Positions 17,833 through 29,800 of a stretch of 64,000 bases of DNA are shown one piece after another. This DNA comes from a virus. Its lineage: Duplodnaviria > Caudoviricetes. The translations under genes were made by a program, and so were the position numbers. Location: IMG/VR virus record IMGVR_UViG_3300028914_000059, positions 64,001 through 128,000 of that record; one strand, 5' to 3'. Below the pieces are notes generated by a model. That model made no database searches. It had not been told where the DNA came from and was given only the letters and a program-made list of their open reading frames with translations. Numbering within the stretch: position 1 is the first letter of the stretch; every line of letters begins with the position of its first letter.

Positions 17833-18372
17833 CTATCTGACAGTGATCTTATAGCACCAGGAACCAAAAGGTGAGGGGTACTTCTTCGCTAAATCCACAG
17901 ACCGCAGTGAAACCACATCCCCGTCTCCCATGTGCAGCATACCATTTTCGTAAGCTATCCAATGCTGGTTCAGGATATGAGCAACTCTATCGTCCTCCCA
18001 GTTATCCCAGTGAATAAGAATAATAGCTCTGTCATTAAGAGATAGCTCATCCGGGTCTACTCTGTCAACACAATATCCCAACTCTTCCAGGGAGGCTTTA
18101 ACGTTCCATGGATTTCCATACATGGGGTTCTGCAGCCAGCCCAGCCAGCGTAATCTTAACAAGGCAGCCTCTATCTTATCGTAAGAATCTGTATCTTTTA
18201 ACGACAATGCATTTATAATTGCAGCGTTCTCGCAATCATACTCTGTTCTCATCTTATAAGTGGGATGCCGTTGATTAAGAAATACAAGTTTTATCGGGGG
18301 CAACTTCCCATTAAAACGAGAAAACAGCTTATATAATAACTTTAAAAAATACCTGTATATTCTTACTAACAT
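17833..18372 (-). CDS. Papain-like (C39-like) cysteine peptidase
   Basis: YDCENAAIINAL (Cys), QHWIAY (His), MGDG (Asp) in the expected order. Confidence 0.55.
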   Translation of the reverse strand: MLVRIYRYFLKLLYKLFSRFNGKLPPIKLVFLNQRHPTYKMRTEYDCENAAIINALSLKDTDSYDKIEAALLRLRWLGWLQNPMYGNPWNVKASLEELGYCVDRVDPDELSLNDRAIILIHWDNWEDDRVAHILNQHWIAYENGMLHMGDGDVVSLRSVDLAKKYPSPFGSWCYKITVR

Positions 18373-18445
18373 AGAAAAACTCCTTATATGTTCAGCCTAA
18401 CATATAAGGAGTCTTTACGCAATAGGTTATTCCTCCGACAGTAGG

Positions 18446-18907
18446 TTATTCCTCTATCCATATCATCCCGGGCTGGAGACTGGAAGGTTGGGCTGTCGGG
18501 ATTCTGACAGGCAGAGACCCTGTGCCTAATGACGTAACAGCAACTGGCTGTCCGTTGGAAAAATAAACAGGGGTATTAGCTGCTCCACCATTAGAGGCAA
18601 GCTTTGTGGCAGTTGTAGCGGTGGTTGCACTTGCTGCACTTCCACTACAATTACCAGTGACATTACCCGTTACGTTTCCAGTAAGTGGTCCTACAAAGGA
18701 ACCTGCCTTGATGGTGTCAGGCAATTTAATAACAATATCGGCACTGCCGTTAAATGATGTAGCCGGGCCGGCATTGGTTGCACTGTTATCTTTTATTGTA
18801 ATAGTCCTAGCTGTAGCAAGAGTCTTGGCTGTTTTAGCCGTAATATCATTTTCCCCCTTGCTCCAGGAGACTAGATCTTTATAACTTAATTTGGTGGGAT
18901 CAGCCAT
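18446..18907 (-). CDS. Short tail fibre-like protein
   Basis: LATARTI..FNGSADI, GNVTGN and PVYFSNG motifs; PGMIWIE end. Confidence 0.75.
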   Translation of the reverse strand: MADPTKLSYKDLVSWSKGENDITAKTAKTLATARTITIKDNSATNAGPATSFNGSADIVIKLPDTIKAGSFVGPLTGNVTGNVTGNCSGSAASATTATTATKLASNGGAANTPVYFSNGQPVAVTSLGTGSLPVRIPTAQPSSLQPGMIWIEE

Positions 18908-18920
18908 AATAAACTCTCCT

Positions 18921-19409
18921 TTATGATTCTATCCATACAGCACCACTTGGATAAGCGTTTTTCTGCACTGTTGTGGGATTCACTGGTAGCTTTGATAAAG
19001 TTGCAGCTACAGGTACACCGCCAGAAAAATATACAGGAGTATAAGTATCCCCAGCATTTGTAGATAACTTGGATGCTGTAGCTGCGGTTCCAGTAATGCT
19101 TACTGCTAGAGAAGACCCACAAGCTACGGGCTTCCCCCCTGAAAAATATATAGGAATGGTACCGCTCCCAGCATTACTACCTAACTTCGTAGCCGTAGCC
19201 GCATTCCCACTAATATCTACAGCAACAGTTGCAGGTAATTTCAACGTAACATCGGCACTCCCGTCAAAATTCCCGGAAGCCAATGATGTTCCTGCATTAT
19301 TTGTAATACTTATAGACCTGGGCGTAGCCAGTTTCTTAGCAATGATATCGTTAGACGTGCCCTTTGCCCAGGTTATAATATCGTTATAACTTTTCTTAGG
19401 ATCTGCCAT
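18921..19409 (-). CDS. Short tail fibre-like protein (paralog of 18446)
   Basis: MADP..SY.D...W.KG start; LATPRSI..FDGSADV; SGAVWIE end. Confidence 0.75.
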   Translation of the reverse strand: MADPKKSYNDIITWAKGTSNDIIAKKLATPRSISITNNAGTSLASGNFDGSADVTLKLPATVAVDISGNAATATKLGSNAGSGTIPIYFSGGKPVACGSSLAVSITGTAATASKLSTNAGDTYTPVYFSGGVPVAATLSKLPVNPTTVQKNAYPSGAVWIES

Positions 19410-19478
19410 GACGGGCTGTTCTCCTTTTAATACATATATTCTTATAATACTTTATTTTGGAAGGTTAGTAAAGGTCTC

Positions 19479-20396
19479 TTACAATTCCAGCTTATATAGG
19501 AATGTAGAATCAGAGGCACCTCCCGTAAACACGAAAGTATCTCCGCCACAGTTCATTATACTAAAAGCAAATATATCAGAGGCTACTGTTTCTTCGGCTC
19601 CGGTTGCTATTATTCTCTTCTGTATTCTCTTGTTTGTATTATCAACATATACTAAATAAGTATTATCCCCAGATAAGGCTATGCCTTGAGTACTACCAGA
19701 GGCGCCTCCAGAATAAATAGTTTCAGTAGAAGAAGCAGTGGTGTCAGAAGCTGATGCAAATGTAGACTTTTTTATAGTTCCATAGTAACCTGTATAATAC
19801 AAAGTCTTGCCATCTGTCGTCATAGTACTTCCTATCTGTAAAGATACAGAAGCTAAAGATATATAGGAGGATAGATCTCTTGGTACCTGTACTACTTGTC
19901 CCCCACCATAACAACTGACAATCAGCCTATCTCTAGTCGTATTATAGCTTATCTGATGTCCACTGCCTGAAGGCATCTGAAGCTTAGATACATAGGTTAG
20001 AGCTGTACTGGTATACTTTAATTTTCGTAAATACCATGAAGCACTTTGACCCCTCCAATCGGTTACATAAATATAACCATCCTTATCCTGACATATACCG
20101 TAAGGATTTGTAAACTGACTGTCTCCAGTTCCACTGCTACCAAAACTATATTTTAAAGCACCTGCAGAAGAAAAAACTCTAACACAAGCATTACTCCAGT
20201 CTGTAGCTGCGTAATTCCCATCCTTCAAAAGAGTAATACCTCTACTGGATGACCCTAGTGTGTAAGTACCTATTCTAGTAAGAACAGGTGAAGGGGCCGT
20301 CCATATTAAAGTACTTCCAACATATACCTTTTTTATTGGAGTACTTTCTATAAATACTTTTTTAACTGCTGTACTTCCTATTTTTATACTTCCCAT
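19479..20396 (-). CDS. NHL-type beta-propeller, putative receptor-binding protein
   Basis: FGSSGTGDSQFTNPYGICQDKDGYIYVTD NHL repeat; N-terminal KKVYVGSTLIW motif. Confidence 0.75.
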   Translation of the reverse strand: MGSIKIGSTAVKKVFIESTPIKKVYVGSTLIWTAPSPVLTRIGTYTLGSSSRGITLLKDGNYAATDWSNACVRVFSSAGALKYSFGSSGTGDSQFTNPYGICQDKDGYIYVTDWRGQSASWYLRKLKYTSTALTYVSKLQMPSGSGHQISYNTTRDRLIVSCYGGGQVVQVPRDLSSYISLASVSLQIGSTMTTDGKTLYYTGYYGTIKKSTFASASDTTASSTETIYSGGASGSTQGIALSGDNTYLVYVDNTNKRIQKRIIATGAEETVASDIFAFSIMNCGGDTFVFTGGASDSTFLYKLEL

Positions 20397-20397
20397 A

Positions 20398-23300
20398 TTA
20401 TTTCACCAGATATACAGTTTTAGCATTCGGACTACTTGGTAAAGCAGAAACCACTGAAATATTATACACCGTTGAATCTGAAGATACAACTGCTAATCCA
20501 GTGATGTCTGGAAGTGTGAAGGTTCTAGCTGTAGTAGCAACACCACTGACTATTTCTGAATAAGAAGTATTAACACCGTATATTCTAAGATGTCCTCTCT
20601 TGTTAGCTGCCGTAGCCGTAGCTTTAGCATTACCTAATTGCATATAGCAATGTCCCTGAGTACCTGCTGCTGGAGCAGTCCCTGGATAGGCAAGGATACT
20701 ATCTGCATCGACACGGGCAACATAGTTTGTGGATGCTGCAGAACCAGAAGAAAGGACTATTGGGTACCAGGTATTGCTGTCAGTATCCGTTACACGAATG
20801 TTTGTTGCATAAGTAGCTGATGCTGCGTTTCCAGAACAGGCTGATGCAGTAGTTGCTGTAGCGGCGTTTCCTGTGCAGGATGCAGATGAGCCTGTGATAT
20901 TAGATGAAGTTAGGGCGATTGTTCCACTAGCATCAGGAAATACAATTTCTCTATCTGTATCAGATGACGTTGCACACATAGGTGGTTTTATTTGTATTTT
21001 TGCAGGATTTTTATGTGAAGAATCTGACTGCTTGTATAGATTTATAAATCCAAATGCGTTTCCTGCTGTACCATATGCGGTAGAAGTTCCCAACGATAAT
21101 GCACAATATCCATTTGATGTTGTTGGTGTTGTATAAGCTTGTATTTTAAAACCTGTATTTGCATAAGGTGCATAATTAGTACTTGTTGTCATTCCTGTTG
21201 TAAATACTGGATAATACCAAGAATTTGCTGATTTTGATGTCGGTCTTATGTTGCTTGCGTATGTCGCTGATGCGGCATTACCAGAACAAGCCGACGCTGT
21301 AGTAGCTGTAGCGGCGTTTCCAGTACAGGATGCAGAAGAACCAGTGATATTTGATGATGTAAGAGCGATTGTACCTGTAGCTGAGGGAAGTGTTAGTGTA
21401 ACATCTGCTGGTGCAACAAGTGTTACAGTTTTATTAGCTGTCTGGTCACCTGCCTGAAATTTAGCCCAAGTTGTACCAGTACCATATAAATATAATCCGC
21501 CTCGTGAATTATTCGCATCGGTTTTTGCAATGTTATTACCTATAACAATATAAGATTCACCCTGAGTGTTAGCGGCGGCACAGTAGGCTTTAGCTCTTAA
21601 AGCACAGTTTGCCGCTGTTGCTGTAGGAGTTCCGATTCTAAGTGCCTGTTGAGCATCTGTGATTACAAAAGAGGTGCCGAACACTAGTGGATATTCTGTG
21701 TTACCTACAGTATGGGTAAGCTTGGCATTATTGGTGTTTGTAGCTGTAGTTGCAGTAGCGGCATTACCACTACATGCTGCTGCAGTAGTAGCTGTAGCGG
21801 CGTTACCAGTACAGCTACCGGATGAACCAGAACAGTTACCTGTTACATTTCCCGTCAATGCCCCACTGAATCCGTTGGGAGCTGATACCGTTCCATTTTC
21901 ATTTATAGTTAAACAAGTTTTTGTTACAGTGTTTGTAGTTACAGTATCAGCAACGTAGTAGAACTGATAATCAGCATTATATACACCGTGCATGAATTTA
22001 CCATTTGTCGATTTCATACGTGCCAGCATATTAAAGCCTTTTGCGGCAGTACTCACTATGATAGCACCACTTTCGCCGTAACCATTCTGATATGTAGAGG
22101 TTGTTTTAGATGAAGAAAAGCCGCCTGTAGAAAAGATATAACCAGTAGATGGATTTGCATAAAAACTTCCACAATAGACACCCTGCTCTTGCTTATGCGA
22201 AGTATCTGAGACTGTGGTACCATCAACCATCATTAATGGTCTATTAGCATTACCCGTAGAATACCATACTTTTACACTTTCTGAATCTGTTGCTGTAGCT
22301 GCATTTCCAGTACAAGCAGCAGCAGATGTTGCAGTAGCAGCATTACCAGTAATATCAACAGCAAGACTCCCACCACAGGCAGTCGGTGTTCCTGCATTAA
22401 TATACACTGGTTCAGTGCTGCTGCCTACGGTAGTTGTTCCCACTTTATCCGCAACACTCGCTGTAGCTGCATTTCCAGAAGTATCATTGCTCAGCGTCCC
22501 ATCTATATCAGCTGCGGCTACTTTTCCACTGTTATTGAGTATAGCAATACCACCAGGCTGACCCGCACTGTTTACTACGTCTGCAAGAGTAGTTGCACCG
22601 AGAGCGTTGTTAGCTGGAGCTCCTATTTTGCTGGCACCTGTGGAGGCGGAGAAAAAAGATTTTATAGTATTCCAGGCGTGCTGAAATATTTTCTTAGTAA
22701 CTAAGATAAGCCCTGTGGCAGGATAAAAATTAGCTCTTATAGTTTCATTTCCATGAACATTAACAGTTATCTCAGTGGCCGCCTGTCCTGTGCTCCAGTT
22801 CAAAAACCTTCCGCCCTCAGTGGTCACAGCCTGAAGATTTATAATAGTTCCATCCGGCCATATATTATGAGCTTCACCCCTAGGTTCCGCAGTAGCTGAA
22901 ACGACAGAAATGCTTCCACAGTCAACGTCATTTGTTATCAAAGTAACCTGATAGAATACTATGGCAGAAAATACAGCTATAATGTCCATCTCCTGGCCAT
23001 CAACAATAAAGCTGGCTGTAGGGGAGGCAGTCACTATTTCACCATCCACCTGCCAGCCGTCAAATTTATAATCAGTAGCCGGTATAGCAGTTAGTGTTAT
23101 TGTTGTTCCAGTCTCAATATTACCAGAAGTTGCGCCGCCTACTGTCCCCCAGGACACGTCATTGCTCGCTATAGTAACATCAGTATACTGGATTTCCTCG
23201 AACGTTGCTGTATATGTAATATCAGCACTTGATGTAAATATCCTGGGGTTATCAGTATTACCATCATTCCAGCTTACAAACCTGCAGCCTGTTTCCGGGA

Positions 23301-23820
23301 CAGCTGTAAGTGTAACGGTATCACCTTCATCGTATTCCCCTGAGCCGGTTACGCTTCCCAGATTAGCATCATTCACAGCTGTGCTGATAGTAAAATAATT
23401 AACTGCTTCGAAAATGGCCTTGTATGTAGTAGCTGCAGATACTGTTATAGTTCTTGGGTTATCAGAATTACCATCTTCCCAATTCACAAATCTGGAATGG
23501 ACATATGGTGTAGCACTTATCTGGGTACTAGTGCCTTCTCTGAAAGTTCCAGAACCGCTAACGGTCCCAAGACTATTATCATTAGTAGTGACAGAAATGG
23601 CATACTCTGGAATTGCCTCCAAAGTGGCTACTAAGGTAACATCTTCAGAAGCATTAAAGACTCTTGGGTTGTCAGTACTACCGTCATCCCATGATACAAA
23701 TCTGTAACCGTCATTAGCAGTTACTTCCAGGGTTACTTCAGCCCCTTCCACATAACTACCGGAACCGCTTACACTGCCATATACAGCATTATTTACACCA
23801 GCGACTATATTAAAGGCCAT
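20398..23820 (-). CDS. Tail fibre with about five InlB-B/Flg_new repeats
   Basis: GSVSGSGSY.EG..VTL..GYRFVSW.DG..DNPR repeats; CTGNAATAT repeats; VSALPSSPNAKTVYLV end. Confidence 0.8.
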   Translation of the reverse strand: MAFNIVAGVNNAVYGSVSGSGSYVEGAEVTLEVTANDGYRFVSWDDGSTDNPRVFNASEDVTLVATLEAIPEYAISVTTNDNSLGTVSGSGTFREGTSTQISATPYVHSRFVNWEDGNSDNPRTITVSAATTYKAIFEAVNYFTISTAVNDANLGSVTGSGEYDEGDTVTLTAVPETGCRFVSWNDGNTDNPRIFTSSADITYTATFEEIQYTDVTIASNDVSWGTVGGATSGNIETGTTITLTAIPATDYKFDGWQVDGEIVTASPTASFIVDGQEMDIIAVFSAIVFYQVTLITNDVDCGSISVVSATAEPRGEAHNIWPDGTIINLQAVTTEGGRFLNWSTGQAATEITVNVHGNETIRANFYPATGLILVTKKIFQHAWNTIKSFFSASTGASKIGAPANNALGATTLADVVNSAGQPGGIAILNNSGKVAAADIDGTLSNDTSGNAATASVADKVGTTTVGSSTEPVYINAGTPTACGGSLAVDITGNAATATSAAACTGNAATATDSESVKVWYSTGNANRPLMMVDGTTVSDTSHKQEQGVYCGSFYANPSTGYIFSTGGFSSSKTTSTYQNGYGESGAIIVSTAAKGFNMLARMKSTNGKFMHGVYNADYQFYYVADTVTTNTVTKTCLTINENGTVSAPNGFSGALTGNVTGNCSGSSGSCTGNAATATTAAACSGNAATATTATNTNNAKLTHTVGNTEYPLVFGTSFVITDAQQALRIGTPTATAANCALRAKAYCAAANTQGESYIVIGNNIAKTDANNSRGGLYLYGTGTTWAKFQAGDQTANKTVTLVAPADVTLTLPSATGTIALTSSNITGSSASCTGNAATATTASACSGNAASATYASNIRPTSKSANSWYYPVFTTGMTTSTNYAPYANTGFKIQAYTTPTTSNGYCALSLGTSTAYGTAGNAFGFINLYKQSDSSHKNPAKIQIKPPMCATSSDTDREIVFPDASGTIALTSSNITGSSASCTGNAATATTASACSGNAASATYATNIRVTDTDSNTWYPIVLSSGSAASTNYVARVDADSILAYPGTAPAAGTQGHCYMQLGNAKATATAANKRGHLRIYGVNTSYSEIVSGVATTARTFTLPDITGLAVVSSDSTVYNISVVSALPSSPNAKTVYLVK

Positions 23821-23885
23821 AACTTTGTCCTATTATTCACGAGTTAAAGGAGCTGATGTATTATCAGCTCCATATTAGTATACCA

Positions 23886-26800
23886 TTAAACTATTATAGC
23901 TTCAACCTCTTCTGCCGACATCAGGCTAAACTGGTTTGCAGCTATAGCTGGAATAGTTACATTAAGAGTAACATTCATACTACCATCAATAGATACACTT
24001 CCTTCAGCATCTCCAGTTAATGAAAGCTCAAAAGCTTCACTTAAAGCATCAGCTTCCGCCGCACTTGCTGCCGTTGTAGCAGTATCTGCTGTAGTAGCAC
24101 TGTCTGCAGTTGTTGCATGACCAGCTGTAGTTGCTGATACTGCAGTAGTGGCACTATCTGCTGTGGCTGCTGCTATATTCAATGGCAACTGCGCTGTTGG
24201 CAATCTCCCTGTGCTGTCCAATTCAGCATATCCATCCGGCTGACCCTTATTGGAGAGAACTTCATTGCCAGCATGGGCTGTAAATGATTCCAGATGAGCC
24301 TTTATTGCGGCAGCAGTAACTTCATTATTTCCACCATAATCAAGGGCCTGGTCTGTATTCTGATCATGAGCCTGACCTACAGCTGTATCTATAGCTGATA
24401 CTGTAGATACTGGCTTATTCTGCAAGTTGCTCCAGTCAGTAACCATATCCAGGCTTTCCTGTTCAGCAAGTTTTACCCAGACGTCCTGATCTGCATAATA
24501 TGTATATAAAGCCCATCCACTATTTACACTTGCATCAGCGCTTGCATCGAGAACTCTTACCTGAGCACCATCAGCTACGTTAGTCATAGCATCACGAGCT
24601 GCTATATTGGCAACATTCGGAACTGCACTTGCAGTTGACAACGGCATCTGTGATAATGGAATACGACCATTAGCATCCAGACTTGCATAGCCATCAGCCT
24701 GACCACGACGAGCTGTTACTTCATACTGAGTAGCATCATTGATAAACTGATCAATATCATCATGATCATAAGTACCCTTATCACTTAAGTCATTGTGAGA
24801 CAGCTTATGGAATCTAGTTCTAAGAACGGTTTCGCTATTTTCTTCGACAGCTACAGTGCCTAGAACATAAGTATCTGCACTGTTAGCTACTCTGAGATTT
24901 GGGCCAAGGTCACTATTATCAGCAAGTAACATGCTGATTGGGGCGTATGCCGAATCATGGTTGTGATTACCTGCTGCTGCCTGATTAGCACCTGATCCTA
25001 TAGTGTGGTGAATAGCCGATGTAGATGAATCAGTATCAGCACTATCATGGCTTCTTGCCTGAGTAAGATTTCCTGCAAGAGTGCTGATAGTAATTGGATC
25101 ACTGCCTTCTGCTGCATGGTACTGGGCATGTGCGGAAGGTGGTCTGGCATTAGTAAGTCTAGGGTCATTGCCTTCGCAAACGCTACCAGAACCAGTACCG
25201 AAACTTATCTCCTCGGACTTTATCTTACCTAAAGCGTTCAAGCCGGCATATCCATTAGGAATATCTTTATTAGCTTTATCTTCGTGGCCACTATGAGGTG
25301 TTGTTGCTTCTATATGAGCATCAATCTGAGCGTGTGTATAAACACCTTTATTGATCAAATTGGCATGGTCTACCTTAGCAGTATCTTCGCCATCATGAAT
25401 GTGATTGTTACCGCCAAGAACACCCTGATCTATTGGAGCATATCTTTCATCATGCAGGTGGTCACCAGGAGCTGCCTGAGTATGGCCATCACCTAGAGTA
25501 TGATGTATAGCTTCTTCACTGTCATCAGTATCCACATTATTATGTGTTCTATCCTGAGCCAGATTTCCTGCCAGTGTGCTCAAATATAGAGTGTCATCAC
25601 CATCACTAGTATGTGAATGCGCATGTTCAGTTGGATATCTATCGTCACTAAGTCTTGGATCAGAACCAAGAACAAGCTGATCATCATCACCACCAATAGG
25701 TAAATGTTCAATAGGGACATTAGCATCGTCGTCTAACCCAGCGTATCCATTTGGAACATTCTTGTCTGATATAACCTCGTGGCCTGGATGAGGGTTTGGG
25801 TCATCCAAATGAGCATCTATTTCTGCATGAGTATGGTCTCCACGGTTGGCCAGGTGCATGTGGTCGCATCTGTTCAAGCCTGCAGGCATACTTTCTATAT
25901 AAGATGGAACTTCAGTAGTGTCTATGTAGGCTTCCTGACCTTCAAACCAGCTTTCATCCTCAATGCCTAAATTCTGTATAACTACCTGGAAATCCAGCTC
26001 ATCTCCACCTGTAAGTCTTTTCAGTCTAAGTGCTGCACTAACACCGTCAGACTTAACTTCCAACTGGAATTCATTGGAAGCCAGGTCACTGGAATCCAGA
26101 GGATCTGCTCTGAACCATTCTCCACTGGTATGATTATGGTTCAAAGAGAGCGAATATTGTTTAAGAATATATCTTGTAGCATCTTTGACGCTGACAAATA
26201 TAAAATGCTTACCTGTATTTGTATCGAACTGTCCCAGTTCTACACAAGCGTTTTCAGCTAAATCCAGAGAACGATATAAAGTGATGCTGGAATAAATCTT
26301 ACCATTGGCTTTCATACGGCCAACCTTGCCATCATAGCGGTAAGTATTGACCATTCTATGATAAAGCTTCATGAATATAGCATGGAAAGACTTATTCTCA
26401 TCCAAAGTAACTGTTCTACTGGCAGACAGCACACCATCACTCCAGGCAGAGAATGCATATCCTTCTTCTGGGACAGCTGTCAAAGTTATCTGACTACCTT
26501 CTTCAAAGATACCAGCACCGTCTACATGACCAAATACCGGGTCATTAGAGGTAGCCTCGACTGTGAAGTATATTATTTCTTCGAACAAAGCTGTATATGT
26601 AGCGTCTCCGGTTACCAGAACACTTCTAGTTGCCTGCATATCACCGTCATTCCAGCCAATGAATCTTGCACCAGCTCTTGGAACAGCTGTTATAGTAATA
26701 TAACTGTCTTCCTGAGCATAGCCCTCACCAGTTACATTTCCAAGTTCAGAATCATTCGTTTCTACATTGATGTAGAAAGTCCTGAGAATCTTGGAGAACA

Positions 26801-29800
26801 CAGCTGTTACTGATAAGTCGTCGTTCACAGTGATGGTTCTGGAAATTCCGGAGCCACCGTCACTCCACGAGGACAACTGATACTGCTGAGCAGGAGATGT
26901 ATAAACTGTTACTTCAGTGCCAGGCACCACCATAGTTGTTATACTGTTTTCAAATGGCCCTTCTTCCGAGAAGGAAACTCCGCCATTAGCTCCATTGCTA
27001 GACTGCACAGTAAGAGATTTCTTCATTCTGAATACTGGCTCGTAGGAAACATCAGCATCTACAGTAACAGTTCTAGGATTGTCTGTGTTGTGATCAGACC
27101 ATTCTGCAAAATAAAAGTTTTCCACAGGAGTAGCTGTCAGAACAGCCGTTGAACCTGCAGCATAAGCACCTTCTCCAGATACTGTCCCATATTCTGACTG
27201 GAATATCTGGAGCATGTAACCGAACAAAGCTGTAATAGTCTGATTACTATTGACTGTCACACCTCTTGGATTTGCAACAGAGCCATCACTCCAACCGACA
27301 AAAGATACACCCTGCGCAGCTGTAGCTTCTATCTCTGCTACTTCACCAGCTTCATATTCACCACCACCGGTAGCTGTACCCAAATTATTGTCGTTAGAGT
27401 TAACAGTAAGCGTATAAACTGGGATATCCCTGAATGTAACAGCAGTAAGGCTCACAGGATTAGCTGCTGATATTATTCTTGATAATGATGTAACACCATC
27501 ACTCCATGCTGACAGGTCTCTGTCTTCACCTGGAACTAGAGTCACATTAAGGTTACCAGTAGGATCACACCAGCCTGAATAAGTATTATTTTCACGAGTA
27601 AGATTGCCTGCATTACTTGTATATGTAATAGTATCGGATTCATCTGTAACGCTTATTTCTATATGAGACTGGAAAAATGCTCTGATAGTCTGATCACTGG
27701 ATCCTATAGTAACATTCCTTTCAAGATTAGTGTTAAGATCATCCCAGTATTTTAATCTGAAACCATCGTCCGGTACAGCTGCAATATGAACGACTGTACC
27801 TGTTGGATACAATCCAGCACCGACGAATGATGCACACTGAGCGCCACTTCTACTTTCCAGAGTCAAACTGTACAGCTGTTCAAATGTAGCTGTCAGTGAT
27901 AGATCATCAATAAGCACCACTGTTCTAGTTGGATCGGTTTCACCATCACTCCAACCGTTAAATCGGACGTGATCAGAAGCTGGGGTAGCAACCAGGGTAA
28001 CCTGAGTACCGTGTTCATATGTTCCGGAACCGGCGACAGACCCAAGATTGGCATCGTTGGATGTTAGTGTAACTGTATGTGTGACTATCTGAACGAAAGT
28101 TGCTGTATATGTTGTATTATCTGCCCATACATCTCTTGGGTTATCTGTATTGTCGTCGTTCCATTGCGAAAATCTATATCCTGCATTTGGCACAGCTGTT
28201 ATTGTGGCGTGTTCACCGGGACAGTAATTACCACCACCAGTGACACTACCCATAGTGGCATCTGCTGAAACAGCATTTAAAGTAAAACCGAAACCTGCAG
28301 TGTATGTAACACTACTAGCTGGCATTATTATAGTTCTTGGGTTTTCAGTAACTCCATCATGCCATCTTACAAAAGCATAGCCAGAAGCTGGTGTTGCTGT
28401 AATGACAACTGAATCGCCTTCTGCATAATTGCCTGCACCTGTTACTGTGCCATAATTATTATAATTTTGATGTAAAATAAGCTCGTAGGTGGAAACTACT
28501 GGTGTAGCTGCTTGAGACAGTAAGGTATCGCCATTGACATATGCAGGAACACCTTCTATAGTATCTGATAATATTGGTCTGCCTTTAGCACTGCTCATTT
28601 CCCATGTGTCATTATAGTCCAGTGTAGATAAATTAGCGGTGTTAGCAAAGGCCTGAGATGTAAGCTCTGTATTAGTTCCATACTGCGGGGCCTGAAATGA
28701 GGGTGTGTTTTCAACATAAAAACAGTTATCTGAATGGACATCCTGTGTGTCTAAGCCACCAACAGCTCTGAATATAACATTATTACCAGTGCCAGTAAAA
28801 GCAGAGCCTAAATCAACAGAGTCAAAGTTATAGCTATCTTCGATCTGCAGCTCATTATTGTTATTATAGCTGGAACAGAACCCTGCATAAGTGGTTTGTG
28901 ACGGTACAGCAGCTAAAGTATAATTACATATAGAATAACAATCTCTCAGTTCTCTAGTTGGCTCTTCACCAGCGTTAAAGCTTCCTGCTGAAATAGAGAA
29001 TGAACTTTGAGAGTAGTAATATAAACCGGATAAATCCGCCCTGTTTACCACACTGGTGTTCTGCCCATTTACTGTTAGAGCCCCAATACACTCTGACATG
29101 TAATCTACAGCTGCAGCACTACTGTTAATTATAAAGGGTGCTACATACAAATAATTTATAGTTGCTGGAGCTAAATTAATGGTTCCACCCAGATACATCC
29201 GAGTAAATGCCAATGACTCCTCAGAAATACCTATAGATGTAAGTTGTGGTTGTGTCACTTTTTCATATTTGCCAGTAGCACTATTATATTTATAAAGACT
29301 ATATACGTTATTTCCATCCACGATAACTGGCGCTATAGTCAGATATTCCCTTGTGTAAGCATTATCCACAACATTTATAACAGGATCTACATAAATATTA
29401 TCTGCGCAGATATTACAGTAGACGCAAGAGAACATAGTGGTACCAACATTTATTATATTAGTATTGTCTACATAAATATGATCTACACAATCAGCTCTGA
29501 ATAAAGCGGGGTAATAATATCTTCCTGTAAAATTAAAAACAGAATTTGTTACTTCGACATTACTAATCCTACCCGGAGAGGAGCTGCTATATTGAACATA
29601 GTGTCCAAACATGCCATAAATCAATACGCCAGTGCAATCCTCATAATCGTAGTTAGTACCTGTATTTATATTAAAATAACAGTGGTCAAATTTTAAATTA
29701 CGTATTACACCATTACGTCCAGCAGACGTAATTAAGGATAACCAGGAAGACCACTGACCCTCTGTGTCCTGATAAACATAAGCTCCCCTGATGGTGTGAT